The notes under the pieces: model-generated | The model's input: only the letters and a program-made list of their open reading frames with translations | Database searches by the model: none | What the model was told of the DNA's origin: nothing | Part shown: positions 36,613-46,460 of the stretch, piece after piece | How the letters are laid out: each line of letters opens with the position of its first letter | How positions within the stretch are numbered: position 1 is the stretch's first letter | Virus record (IMG/VR): IMGVR_UViG_3300006931_000002 | Location: 32,001 to 96,000 of that record | Length of the DNA stretch: 64,000 nt | Origin: a virus | Reading direction: 5' to 3' (one strand) | Made by a program: the position numbers and the translations under genes

Positions 36613-36779
36613 CCGCGGTGGAGCGGGCGCTGGCCGGGGTTCTCGGGCCCCGGCCGGTCCGAGCCCGGAAGCTGGCCGCAGTGACTGGCCTGCCGAAGGC
36701 CGAGGTTCGGAATGGTCTTCGCCGCTTGCAGGACGAGGGCCGGGCCATGTCCCACGACCGACGGTGGGTGGCCCAGTGA
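36609..36779 (+). CDS. small winged-HTH protein
   Basis: ARKLAAVTGLPKAEVRNGLRRLQDEG. Confidence 0.55.
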   Translation: MTAVERALAGVLGPRPVRARKLAAVTGLPKAEVRNGLRRLQDEGRAMSHDRRWVAQ

Positions 36780-37132
36780 GCGGCGACCCGATGGCCGAGA
36801 TGTACATGGCGTTCACCGCATCACCAGCGGCCGAGATCGAGCGATCCCTCGTCGCCAGCCTTGGCCAGCAGGTGCCTCACGGCTGGCGACTGGAAAACCC
36901 GGCGGACATCACCTGCCGGGTACTGGTCGACCCGTCTGGCGCCCGGCATGTGTTGTCGATGTCGGTGCGGCTGGACCTGCTGCATCCACACGGCCAGCGG
37001 CCATCTCACCGGTCACCGCTCGACGACCCCAACCGAGAATCCCGTCTCGCCGAGATCCGTGAGGCGATGGCCACCGAACCCGCCGCCGTTCTCCCCTTGA
37101 CTCGTTCGACCGCGCCGGAGGCGACCCCGTGA
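36776..37132 (+). CDS. hypothetical protein
   Basis: Coupled ORF. Confidence 0.5.
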   Translation: MSGDPMAEMYMAFTASPAAEIERSLVASLGQQVPHGWRLENPADITCRVLVDPSGARHVLSMSVRLDLLHPHGQRPSHRSPLDDPNRESRLAEIREAMATEPAAVLPLTRSTAPEATP

Positions 37133-38211
37133 GTCACTACACCGTTCTCGTCATCGGCGGCGATGTCGAAGGCCAACTCGCACCGTTCAACGAGGAACTT
37201 GCGGTCGAGCCCTACATCGACTCGGAGGCCCCCGCCGACCACTGGTATGCACATGCCACCCGTGAGGCGTTCGGACTGGACGAAGACGCCCCGGTCACCG
37301 CCGAGCAGATCGTCGAGACCTACAACCGCAAGTACATACTGAGTGCGACCACGAAGGGACAGCTGGCGCTTCCGGTCGCTTCGGTTGTCGGCGAGCCGAC
37401 CGACCCCTATGCCCCGTGGACGCTTCCGTCGCCCGAGCGGGCACGGAAGATGGCCGAGGGCATCGACGAAGAGGTGCTGTTCGTCCACGAGGGCCAGGTC
37501 GCCTGCTGGTCGACAAGTAACCCCCGCGGCAAGTGGGACTGGTTCTCCGTCGGCGGCCGGTGGACAGGCTTCTGGCTGCTCACGAGTGAGGGTGCGGCCC
37601 TTCTCGGTATGAAGGACGACGAGGCGCCCTTCGTCGGCCACGCCGGCTTCATGACGCCTGGCCCCGACGCTGGCCATGCGGACAGCGCGCTTCGTCGCCA
37701 CATCGACCTCGACGGGATGCGCGCCGATGCCGAGGCCGAGGCGCGCAAGACGTGGGCCGACTACGCCACCCTCGTCGGACCGGTCATCGACCAGCACGGG
37801 ATCGGCGAGTCGTGGGATGCGGTGTTCCTGCGGGTAACCGGCCAGCCCACTGGAGTCGGTGGCGTTGACCAGGATCTCGTCGACCAGGCGCGCCGCGAGT
37901 ACCACGACCAGCCATACATCCGCGCTCTGTGGGGCCATGAGGACTTCCGCTGGCACGACGGCCCGCACGACCATTTCGGCCCGGACCTGTCGGAAGCGTC
38001 CGCGGAAGCATTCGCCCAGCGTGCCCGCGACAAGGCCGGCGTCCCCTACGCCGTAGTTCGTAATGGAGAGTGGCACGCCAAGGGCGAGATGGGCTGGTTC
38101 GGTATGTCGCGAAACGAGCGGACGCAGTCGGAGTGGAATGCGCTCGTAGCCGCGCTTCTTGACACCCTCGACCCGGATGAGCGGCTCACGCTCGTGGATT
38201 GCCATGTCTGA
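37129..38211 (+). CDS. conserved phage protein (NPxxKWDW..GGRW family)
   Basis: MSHYTVLV; NPRGKWDWFSVGGRW; GEWHAKGEMGWFG; VDCH end. Confidence 0.75.
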   Translation: MSHYTVLVIGGDVEGQLAPFNEELAVEPYIDSEAPADHWYAHATREAFGLDEDAPVTAEQIVETYNRKYILSATTKGQLALPVASVVGEPTDPYAPWTLPSPERARKMAEGIDEEVLFVHEGQVACWSTSNPRGKWDWFSVGGRWTGFWLLTSEGAALLGMKDDEAPFVGHAGFMTPGPDAGHADSALRRHIDLDGMRADAEAEARKTWADYATLVGPVIDQHGIGESWDAVFLRVTGQPTGVGGVDQDLVDQARREYHDQPYIRALWGHEDFRWHDGPHDHFGPDLSEASAEAFAQRARDKAGVPYAVVRNGEWHAKGEMGWFGMSRNERTQSEWNALVAALLDTLDPDERLTLVDCHV

Positions 38212-38638
38212 CCTCGACATCCCCGCCCTGCGGGCACTGGCCGAGACGACGATTGCCGGTCAGAGCGCACCAGTGGGGACGCTCGCGGTCGACCCGGCTG
38301 ATGGTGCGGTCGCGGTCCATGTCGGCGACGACCTGTGGCGCACCGGCGGTGTTTCCCTGCTGTCCGGCAGTCGGGTTGTCGACTGGGGCTACCAGCTGGA
38401 AGCGGTTCCGGTGCCGGTGGCCGATCTGCTGACATTGCTGGACGCGGCCGAACGGCGGGAGCAGCCATCGGCGGAAGGCTGGAAGCGTGCCCGTCTCGAA
38501 CGGGACGCCCTGCGACGGGACCGGGACCGCCTCCGCCGGGCGATCGGCGACTTCCTCGCCACCTACACCCTGCACACGGACATCACCCGCGGTCTCGCTG
38601 CCGCGCTTACCGCATCGGGGGATAAGACCGATGACTGA
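38204..38638 (+). CDS. hypothetical protein
   Basis: Coupled ORF. Confidence 0.55.
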   Translation: MSDLDIPALRALAETTIAGQSAPVGTLAVDPADGAVAVHVGDDLWRTGGVSLLSGSRVVDWGYQLEAVPVPVADLLTLLDAAERREQPSAEGWKRARLERDALRRDRDRLRRAIGDFLATYTLHTDITRGLAAALTASGDKTDD

Positions 38639-38909
38639 CCCGGTTGTCATGCCCTTCATCCGCCTGGTCCCGCTCCCGGACCGGGTGTGGACCGACGAGG
38701 ACAGGGATCAGGCTCTACGCGCCCTAGAGCACGCCCGTCAGGGCTTCGCTAGCGCCGGCTACATGGTCGGCTGGGCGGCCACTGTGCCGGGCTATGGCCG
38801 CTGTGCCCACGCCACCGTGTCCGCACTGGAGTCGGCCCGCTGGGAGTTGGACCGGCTGTTGGACCGGATCGCCACCGTCGACATGGGGGTCGATCACAGT
38901 GACCTCTGA
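38631..38909 (+). CDS. hypothetical protein
   Basis: Coupled ORF. Confidence 0.5.
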   Translation: MTDPVVMPFIRLVPLPDRVWTDEDRDQALRALEHARQGFASAGYMVGWAATVPGYGRCAHATVSALESARWELDRLLDRIATVDMGVDHSDL

Positions 38910-38969
38910 CCAGCAGGCGGCCTGCCGGAAGGCTGCGAAGGGCACTCCGAAGCCGCGGACGGCCGCAGC

Positions 38970-39707
38970 ATGACCGCGCCGACGACCCAAACCGCCGCGG
39001 TCGACATCCGTACAGTCGACGACCCGCCCGGCGTGGACAACCCCTACTGGATGCAGGTCCGCCAGATCCCGACCGATCCGATCCTCAGCCGGGTGTTCGC
39101 CGACGACCCGTGGTCGCCTGCAAGCTACAACCTTGAGCTGGTCCGGAAGGGTGGCCCTGGTTTCGACTCGCGGGACACGCTGGTTCACCGCTTTTCGTGG
39201 GCGATCCCCGACCCGCTGTCAGTCCAGTTCGTCGCGGCCTACACGGTCGGGTTCGACGGGCTTGTGGAGATCGGCGCCGGCACCGGCTACTGGGCATGGC
39301 AGTTGACCCAGCGCGGTATCGACGTGGCCGCGTTCGACGAAGCCCCGCCGGACGTCGCCGAGAACGTGTACTGCCAGGACGACAAGCTCCCCGCCGACCA
39401 GCGGCTTCGGCCCACCTTCCACCCGGTGGTCGAAGGCAACACCCGGGCGGCCATGGACTATCCGGATCGGGTTCTGTTCCTCTGCTGGCCGCCCTACGGC
39501 TCGCCGATGGCCGCCGCAGCGCTCGACTTCTACACCGGCAACCGGCTGATTTACCTCGGTGAGGGTGACGGCGGCTGCTGTGCGGACGACAACTTCTTCG
39601 CCGCGCTCGGCAAGGGCTGGGTTGAGGTCGCCGAGCATCGGCCGGTCAACTGGTCCGGAATTCACGATTGGATCACGGTGTACGACCGGAAGGCCGATGT
39701 CGCATGA
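38970..39707 (+). CDS. SAM-dependent methyltransferase-like protein
   Basis: VEIGAGTGYWA motif I; LFLCWPPY. Confidence 0.75.
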   Translation: MTAPTTQTAAVDIRTVDDPPGVDNPYWMQVRQIPTDPILSRVFADDPWSPASYNLELVRKGGPGFDSRDTLVHRFSWAIPDPLSVQFVAAYTVGFDGLVEIGAGTGYWAWQLTQRGIDVAAFDEAPPDVAENVYCQDDKLPADQRLRPTFHPVVEGNTRAAMDYPDRVLFLCWPPYGSPMAAAALDFYTGNRLIYLGEGDGGCCADDNFFAALGKGWVEVAEHRPVNWSGIHDWITVYDRKADVA

Positions 39708-40175
39708 CCGCCCCGACCGTGGACCGGGAGACCGGGGAGATCCGCCACAACACCCGGCCCCGGCTCGGGGAATGCCGCCAGGGCTGGATCTGGGACGGCA
39801 CCGGGCTGGCGCAAGCACCGCCGGGAACTGCCAAGCCCGATCGAGGTACAGGCCAAGTTCGACCTGCTCGACGACATGGTCAAGGAGCAGAGCGAGGAAT
39901 GGTCCCGCCTCGCAAAGGCCGCCACACAGGCGCGGGTTGCCTACGAACGGGCAAAGGCGGAGGCGTTCCTACGCGCCGAAGGCCCGATGGACGTCCGCAA
40001 GAAGATCGCCGACCTGGAAACGGCCGATCTTCTACTCGCCGCCGAGACAGCCAACATCATCGCCGACACGGCGAAGAACGAGATGTGGCGCCTCAAGACC
40101 ATGCAGGAGTCCAACCGGTCGACCAACGCGACCGTCAACCAGGAAATGCGTCTAGCTGGTCAGGGGCAGACCTGA
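39704..40175 (+). pseudogene. phage gene with apparent +1 frameshift at GGG 39803-39805
   Basis: Deleting one G joins MTAPTVDRETGE..GWIWDGT to GWRKHRRELPSPIEVQAKFDLLDDMVKEQ... Confidence 0.55.
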
Positions 40176-40369
40176 TGACCGCCGACGTGATCGCTTGCCA
40201 GCACTGCGACTGGACCGTGCCCTACGGCCTGCTGGTCGCGGCCGAGACCGAGGCCCGCGCGGTCTGGCACGTCTTTGAGACCCATCCCGACGTGTGGCAG
40301 GTGCTGCACTCGGCCGGACTTGTTGGCCCGTCACCGAAGGACCCGCGCCCGAAAGGAGCTGCCCTGTGA
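40175..40369 (+). CDS. small Zn-binding protein
   Basis: CQHC..H...HP. Confidence 0.55.
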   Translation: MTADVIACQHCDWTVPYGLLVAAETEARAVWHVFETHPDVWQVLHSAGLVGPSPKDPRPKGAAL

Positions 40370-40998
40370 CCGCCCTCGACGACCGGATCACCAGGGCCGA
40401 ACTGGTCCCGGCCTATGACACGACGCTTGCCGGCGCTGTCCGGGCTGCCGATGTCCTCGTCCCCGCGTTGCAGGCCGCGATCGACGACGGCCGGTTTCCC
40501 GACGTGGAAACCGCCGCCGACGTCCTGCTGGAGATCGACGACCTAGTGAAGGCGCTCCGGGCCGCCCGCGGGATGCTGGCCCGCTACACGGCCAAGGTCC
40601 TGCCGTGGAAGCGGAAGAAGCTCCGGTTCGAGGCGCTGAACTTCGAGGCGGAGCGGACAGCCAAGGGCGAGTGGAAGTACATCCCGCCAGCGGCCTGGCG
40701 TGCAATCGCAGCGCAGGTCTGCACCGTGGTCGACCCGACGTCGGGGGAGATCCTGACAGTGCCGCAGCGGCACGCCGAACTGATCCTTCTCGAAGCCGCC
40801 AAGTTTCTCGGCAAGAATCCCAACTTTGTCATCACCCCGTTCAAGGACCGTGGCATGCCACTGGACGGGATCGCGGAGTGGATTCCAGCGGAGGACGCGG
40901 AACCCGGCGTGGCCGTCCGACGTCTGAGCGAGACCAACCCTGCGGTCGGGTTCGCGGCCCGCATCCACGAGACCGCTGGAACGGTGGCCGATGTCTGA
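40366..40998 (+). CDS. hypothetical protein
   Basis: RBS AAAGGAG; VDPTSGEI motif. Confidence 0.6.
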   Translation: MTALDDRITRAELVPAYDTTLAGAVRAADVLVPALQAAIDDGRFPDVETAADVLLEIDDLVKALRAARGMLARYTAKVLPWKRKKLRFEALNFEAERTAKGEWKYIPPAAWRAIAAQVCTVVDPTSGEILTVPQRHAELILLEAAKFLGKNPNFVITPFKDRGMPLDGIAEWIPAEDAEPGVAVRRLSETNPAVGFAARIHETAGTVADV

Positions 40999-41100
40999 TC
41001 TTCTTCCGTTCGCTGTCCGCGTTGCCGAGATCATGGCCGTCGCTGGTCTGATCGGCATGGCCATCGGCTGGACGCATGCAACCCGGACAGGTGGTGCCCG

Positions 41101-41397
41101 ATGAGCCACGACACCGTTCTTTGGGCGCTCCATTACACCGGGCTGGTGATCAACGTTGCCGTCCTCTGCCGCGAGGTCACAGCCAGCGGGCCGCGCGTCC
41201 TCAAGATTCGCCGATACGCGCCGCTCGACGGTGCTTCCTCGCTGGCATGCACGTTGACGGCAATGGCCCTCGGCGCCCACATCCTCGCCGGGATCTGGGC
41301 GTTCCGCGCGGCACACGCCGGGTGGCGTTGGTGGAACAATCGGCCACCTCGCCCGCCTCGCCGCCGGACTGTTCTCGCCACGGCAGGTGCCCGATGA
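41101..41397 (+). CDS. membrane protein
   Basis: Hydrophobic helices, W/R-rich tail. Confidence 0.55.
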   Translation: MSHDTVLWALHYTGLVINVAVLCREVTASGPRVLKIRRYAPLDGASSLACTLTAMALGAHILAGIWAFRAAHAGWRWWNNRPPRPPRRRTVLATAGAR

Positions 41398-41906
41398 ACA
41401 CCCCAGACACCCCCCTCGACCTCGACTGGGTGCAGGGACTTTTCGACGGCATCGGCGACGACGAGTTCCGCGCCCAGTTCGCCGAGTGGGCGAACTTCGC
41501 CGTCCCGCTCTACGACGCCGACATGAAGGCCAACCCGCCGACCGACGCCGAACGGCAGGTCTGGTCCGAAACCGTGCTGGCCCTGCGGCATCTGCCAAAC
41601 GGCTGGCGGGAACTGCTCGGCTTCGGCGACGCCATCCAATATCCGGCGAAGAACCACCGGTCGCAGGTTCGCGCGGCCCGCGTCGCGGAGACCTACGGCC
41701 GCGGACTCGCACTGCTCGCCCGGAACCCGGGCGGGGTGACCCTCTTCGGCGCCCACTTCTGCAAAGCACCCCATGACGACTGCCCCTACGACTGGACACC
41801 CCGTGCACCGGTCGATGTGGCCGCGGCGATGGCCGAGGTCCGCCGTCTACTCGACGCCTACGCGGCCACGTTGGACGACGCCGAACCACTGGCGGACGTG
41901 GCATGA
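41394..41906 (+). CDS. hypothetical phage protein
   Basis: GLALLARNPGGVTLFGAHFC. Confidence 0.6.
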   Translation: MNTPDTPLDLDWVQGLFDGIGDDEFRAQFAEWANFAVPLYDADMKANPPTDAERQVWSETVLALRHLPNGWRELLGFGDAIQYPAKNHRSQVRAARVAETYGRGLALLARNPGGVTLFGAHFCKAPHDDCPYDWTPRAPVDVAAAMAEVRRLLDAYAATLDDAEPLADVA

Positions 41907-42676
41907 ACACCATTGACGCCCATGTTGCCCACGGCTACACCATGACCGACATCGCCCGCCTTGCCCGGGTCGGTGTCGCCAAAGCACGGACCAGCGGTGG
42001 CACATCCAAAGACCGCTACCAGGCCGCCTGGGATGCGGTGGTGCTCGCGCTCGCCGAAGCAGACAAGCCACCCACCGGAGGCGCCCTCACTGTCGCCGCA
42101 GCCGGCGCGGTCGAGGACGCCTGGCATGACCACCGCCACCACCACGGCATCACCAACGCAGGCAGGTCCGCGTCGAAGCATGCCGTCTACTGGCTGGACC
42201 TGTGTGCGCCAACACCATCACCCGAACCGCGGGCGGTCGAACATCTGGCGCTGACCCAGATCTGGGGCCAGCTAAACGACAACGACCGACAGGCCCTGAC
42301 CGCGCTGGCAACGATGGGCACCTACCAGGCCGCCGCCGACGCCCTCGAACTGGACTACCGCAGGTTCGCGAACCGGGTCCGCGCCGCCCGCCGACGTTTC
42401 CTCGACCTGTGGCACGAAGGGGAGACCCCGTCTCGGCTGTGGCGGGTCGACCGGCGAGAGCGGACTGTCAGCCTGTTCGGCGAGGACAACCCGAACCGGT
42501 ACTACACGATCCGCAAGGGTGTGGCGATCGGCCAGCGGAAGCCGTCGGCTGAACATGGGACATGGAAGCGGTACTGCGGGGGGTGCAAGTGCGAGCCCTG
42601 CAAGGCTGCGGCACAGGTCTACAACAAGGCCCAGTACGACCGTCGTAAGGCGGCCCGTCTGGAGGGTGCGTCGTGA
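41903..42676 (+). CDS. ECF-sigma-like / HTH protein with C-terminal Zn motif
   Basis: Region-4-like LNDNDRQAL...YQAAADAL...RVRAARRRF; HGT..Y..GCKCEPC. Confidence 0.6.
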   Translation: MNTIDAHVAHGYTMTDIARLARVGVAKARTSGGTSKDRYQAAWDAVVLALAEADKPPTGGALTVAAAGAVEDAWHDHRHHHGITNAGRSASKHAVYWLDLCAPTPSPEPRAVEHLALTQIWGQLNDNDRQALTALATMGTYQAAADALELDYRRFANRVRAARRRFLDLWHEGETPSRLWRVDRRERTVSLFGEDNPNRYYTIRKGVAIGQRKPSAEHGTWKRYCGGCKCEPCKAAAQVYNKAQYDRRKAARLEGAS

Positions 42677-43086
42677 CCGTCTTCGCCTCCCCAGCGCCGA
42701 CCGCAGAGCAGATCCCATACCTGTGGGCGTTGGGCACCGACCCGGCACCAACTGGGATGGCATCCGGTCCACGCTGGCAGCAGATGACGTCCACCGAGAA
42801 GGCGCTGTACGCCATGTCCGAGGCCGAATGGCAGGAACAGGTTATTGCGCTCGCGGAGCATTTCGGCTGGTGGTGGTGGCGAGACAACATGTCGACCCGC
42901 AACCGCCGCGGCATGACCGACCTGATCCTGTTCCGTGACCGCATCATCTGGGCCGAACTGAAGAAGGAGACCGGGAAGTCCCGCCCAGGTCAGCCCGAAT
43001 TCGCGGCCCGGGTGATCCGCGCTGGAGGCAAGCACTACATCTGGCGTCCCCGCCACAAAGCCGAGGTGTTGGAGGTGTTGAGGTGA
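42673..43086 (+). CDS. VRR-NUC nuclease
   Basis: MSEAEWQ; GMTDLIL..IIWAELKKETGK..PGQ; IWRP. Confidence 0.82.
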   Translation: MTVFASPAPTAEQIPYLWALGTDPAPTGMASGPRWQQMTSTEKALYAMSEAEWQEQVIALAEHFGWWWWRDNMSTRNRRGMTDLILFRDRIIWAELKKETGKSRPGQPEFAARVIRAGGKHYIWRPRHKAEVLEVLR

Positions 43087-43403
43087 CATCTCGGTCCCGC
43101 GCACGGTTCTACGTGGACCATGAAGGCCATGACGTCTCGATTGGGCCACGGAGCGCATGCTGTTTGACCTGCAAACGTGGCTACCTAGAAGCCGACCGAG
43201 TGATCATCCAGCGGGCGACGGATGGCGGGGTGAAGGCAGAAGACCTGCTGCCGGCGGAACGGATGGCCGTAGTGCGGGCGCTGACCGCGAAAGGTATACC
43301 TGCACGGCAGGTAGCCGACCGGCTTGGCATGTCGAAACGCCACGTCGAACGAGACCTTGCTCGACTCCGAGAGTTGGGATCCGGATGGCAGGTGGCGTCA
43401 TGA
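43083..43403 (+). CDS. HTH DNA-binding protein
   Basis: ARQVADRLGMSKRHVERD. Confidence 0.7.
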   Translation: MTSRSRARFYVDHEGHDVSIGPRSACCLTCKRGYLEADRVIIQRATDGGVKAEDLLPAERMAVVRALTAKGIPARQVADRLGMSKRHVERDLARLRELGSGWQVAS

Positions 43404-43654
43404 CGAGCCGTCCCGGCGACTATGCCCGCAAGCACGCCGGCCACGTGGTCACGGTCCGCGTCGACGGTGAGCGGTTCTGCCGAACCTGCGCCGACAGCCG
43501 GGTGGCCGAACGGCGAAACGCTGTGCGTGTCCTGACGCTGCTGGGCTGTTCGGCGAAGCAGATCGCCATCCGGTTGGGGATCTCGTCGCGGACAGTGGTC
43601 CGCGACCGGAACCGGCTGCGGGAACTTGCCTCGGAACGGAGGGCGACGGCATGA
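43400..43654 (+). CDS. HTH DNA-binding protein (paralog of previous)
   Basis: AKQIAIRLGISSRTVVRD. Confidence 0.7.
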   Translation: MTSRPGDYARKHAGHVVTVRVDGERFCRTCADSRVAERRNAVRVLTLLGCSAKQIAIRLGISSRTVVRDRNRLRELASERRATA

Positions 43655-44088
43655 CGACCCTTCTCGAAGCGCTGCTCGACAACCTGCCGGACCTTGAAGG
43701 CAAGGGCACCTGTCGGAATTACATGGAGGTGTTCGACCACGCCGCCGAAGGTCATCCGGGCGCGATCGACCAGGCGAAGGCGATCTGTGCCCGCTGCCCG
43801 GTGCTCGCCCGCTGCCAGGCAGATCTGACCGCGGTCGGAGGGTGGGGGGTCGTCGCAGGCCTGACCGCAGACGAGCGGGACCGGCAGATCCGTAGCGGTA
43901 GGCAGTACATCCGGCCCCTGCCGGCCGTCACCGTGGCGAGGACAGGTCCGGCGTCGAAACGCTGCCCGGCCTGTGAGCGCATCGTGCTGTGGACCAAAGG
44001 GCGGAGGGCTGCCGGCCCGTGGTGGTGTTCGGACCGCTGTCGCCGTGTTGGCCGCCGGATCGTTGAGGCCGAGGATGATGCGGCGTGA
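43651..44088 (+). CDS. whiB: WhiB-family transcription factor
   Basis: C..F...AKAICARCPV...C; WGVVAGLT..ER. Confidence 0.85.
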   Translation: MTTLLEALLDNLPDLEGKGTCRNYMEVFDHAAEGHPGAIDQAKAICARCPVLARCQADLTAVGGWGVVAGLTADERDRQIRSGRQYIRPLPAVTVARTGPASKRCPACERIVLWTKGRRAAGPWWCSDRCRRVGRRIVEAEDDAA

Positions 44089-45086
44089 ACGGCGACGGCG
44101 AGTCTGACACGCGCATTGTCGACGGCGATTCTGGGGTGAATTCCAGTAGAATGGAAGACGTGATGACCGGGGGGTTGGAAGTGCCGCGGCCCATTTCGGA
44201 TGCCATGGTGCAATCCGCAATTGACGCAGCCGAACAAGCCGGTGGTTTCGCTCGCGAGGATAGCCGCGCCGACCGTGAGCGGCTGTTCCGTGCCGCCCTC
44301 GGAGCAGCTTTCGCACCTTTGCTCGCCCGCGCCGTCAGTGCTGAAGCCGAGGTGACTCGTCTCCGCGGGCTGGATGCTGCACAGCAGCAGTCCCGGGCGG
44401 TCGCCGCGGAGGGCATGGTTGCCGAGCTGACCGCACGTGTCGCCGAACTGGAGGCAGAGCGCGCCGACATGGAGGCTGCATTCCACGACGCGATGGGCTA
44501 CCGGCCAACCGGTGAGGGTGCCGTCCTCGTGCTGGCGCTGATCACCCGGCTTCAGGAAGCGTGGCGGCAGGGCGACGAACGGGCGGACCGCCGGTTGACG
44601 TTGTGGGGTCAGGTGGCCCGGGTTCGGGCGCTGCATGCCAGTAGCCACTACTGCACATCGAAGCCGACGCGCGCCTGGACGACCTGGTACGGCCCGACGC
44701 AGAAGTGTCCGACCTTGCGTGCCCTCGACGACGTCGAAGTTACAAGTAACTCGCCGGATCGCTTGCAGGTGCAGGTAGAAGCCGCAAGCGGCGTTGGAAG
44801 TAGGGCTGCAAGTAGCCCGCTGGACCCAGACTTGACCCATCCCGCCTGGGATGAGGCGTGCCGCATCGGGGCCGCGTTCCATGGCGAGACCGACCACGAA
44901 TGCTGGCCGCCCGCGCCGAGTCCGCGTGTGCGCCACTGGGTCTGCCCGGACTGCACGGCGAAGTGGGAGCCGGCGACGGTTGGTACCGGTTCGCAGGTGT
45001 TCGGCGAAGGCTGGGAACGGGTCGACACCGGAGAACAGGTGATGTTGGAGACGTGGCGGCCCGACGGACCGGGTGAGGCGTCATGA
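44085..45086 (+). CDS. hypothetical coiled-coil protein (true start possibly ~44160)
   Basis: Long ORF; TAGAAT shortly before GTG 44160. Confidence 0.55.
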   Translation: MNGDGESDTRIVDGDSGVNSSRMEDVMTGGLEVPRPISDAMVQSAIDAAEQAGGFAREDSRADRERLFRAALGAAFAPLLARAVSAEAEVTRLRGLDAAQQQSRAVAAEGMVAELTARVAELEAERADMEAAFHDAMGYRPTGEGAVLVLALITRLQEAWRQGDERADRRLTLWGQVARVRALHASSHYCTSKPTRAWTTWYGPTQKCPTLRALDDVEVTSNSPDRLQVQVEAASGVGSRAASSPLDPDLTHPAWDEACRIGAAFHGETDHECWPPAPSPRVRHWVCPDCTAKWEPATVGTGSQVFGEGWERVDTGEQVMLETWRPDGPGEAS

Positions 45087-45343
45087 TCCGCTTTCGCTGT
45101 GTCTGTGGCCACGGCCGTTCACACGAGCACTACCGAAGGGGCTCGGACTGCGGCCTGTGCGGTTGCGACCGGTGGCGTTGGCGATGGTTCCACCCGCGGA
45201 CTTGGCGCCAACGGCGGCGGCAGACCCGGGCGCTCGCCGACCTGGTCCAGCTAACCGAAGAACTCGACCTGTACCACGTCTACCCGTCTGAGGCTCGGGC
45301 CGCTGCCCGGGAGGCCCGGAAAGGGGGAGAGGTCGATGGCTGA
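45083..45343 (+). CDS. small Cys/His protein
   Basis: CVCGH...H.H....C..CGC. Confidence 0.6.
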   Translation: MIRFRCVCGHGRSHEHYRRGSDCGLCGCDRWRWRWFHPRTWRQRRRQTRALADLVQLTEELDLYHVYPSEARAAAREARKGGEVDG

Positions 45344-45623
45344 CAATCTGTGTTTCATCTGCCATCTGCCGGTGAACTGGTTCGGCGACGACGACAACGG
45401 CGAATGGCTCCACGCCGACCGTTCGGCGTTGTGCATTGTCGTCCGCCGCACCCCTTGGTCGACGCGGTTGCTGTGGAACGTGTGGCGCCGGCCAGTCCCT
45501 CACCTGTTCAAGCGGTGGACGGTCGACACCTGGAGCGGCCCGGTGAACGGGTTTTGGCTTCGTCGGAGCGCCGATCGGTATCGGGCTGAGGCGATGCAAG
45601 ACGACGCTGTGCAGGTGTCCTGA
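45336..45623 (+). CDS. hypothetical protein
   Basis: Coupled ORF. Confidence 0.5.
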   Translation: MADNLCFICHLPVNWFGDDDNGEWLHADRSALCIVVRRTPWSTRLLWNVWRRPVPHLFKRWTVDTWSGPVNGFWLRRSADRYRAEAMQDDAVQVS

Positions 45624-45850
45624 TGCGCTCAGTCCTTGATGACCAGTACCGTGCCGACAGCCCGCCAGTTGACCCCGGTCAGAGTGCCGCCGGGTCCGTC
45701 GATCCAGGTGAAGCCGTGGCCGCGGACGATTTGTTCGCATCGGTCGAGGACGACATCGGGCTGGGCGGGTCGGATCTGGACGACCAGCTCCCCGTCGATG
45801 AGCAGACGCACCCGTCAACCGTCGCACATCCATTCGAGGGAGACCAGTAG

Positions 45851-46423
45851 ATGCGCAAGATCCCAACGCTGTTCGTCCGCGATGAGGCCGATCGCCGCTA
45901 CGTCACCGGTGTCGTGTCCCCGGGATGCGAGTGGGTGATCGAGGGTGTCGGGACCGCAACGAGGAAGTACGACGGAACCTGCATGATGTTCGATGGCGCC
46001 GAGTGGTGGGCGCGACGCGAGGTGAAGCCCGGCAAGCTGCCCCCGGCCGGCTGGGTCGAAGTCGAGCACGACGAGACCACTGGGAAGTCGGTCGGCTGGG
46101 AACCGGCGGAGCAGTCCCCGTTCGCCAAGCTGTGGCGCGATGCCCTCGACAACGCGGTGTTCGGCCCGGACTCGTTCGCCGCAGGCACCTACGAACTGTG
46201 CGGGCCGAAGGTCAACGGCAACCCGGAAGGTTTCGCCGTCCACCTGCTGATCGCCCATGCCGACGCGCAGGTTCTGGCCTGCCCTACGAATGCGAACGGT
46301 ATCCGCGGGTTCGTAGCCGAGGCTCACAAGAGTGATCGCTACGAGGGCATCGTCTGGCACTGGGAGCGTGAAGACGGCACGGTGCTCATGGCCAAACTTA
46401 AGGCCCGGGACCTGCGCCCATGA
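45851..46423 (+). CDS. RNA ligase (DUF5565/RLIG1-like)
   Basis: MRKIPTLF, ATRKYDGTC (KxDG), TYELCGPKVNGNP, YEGIVWH, MAKLK. Confidence 0.75.
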   Translation: MRKIPTLFVRDEADRRYVTGVVSPGCEWVIEGVGTATRKYDGTCMMFDGAEWWARREVKPGKLPPAGWVEVEHDETTGKSVGWEPAEQSPFAKLWRDALDNAVFGPDSFAAGTYELCGPKVNGNPEGFAVHLLIAHADAQVLACPTNANGIRGFVAEAHKSDRYEGIVWHWEREDGTVLMAKLKARDLRP

Positions 46424-46460
46424 TCTGCGCCTGGTTTGCCCGGCGAATGGAGTGGCACTG

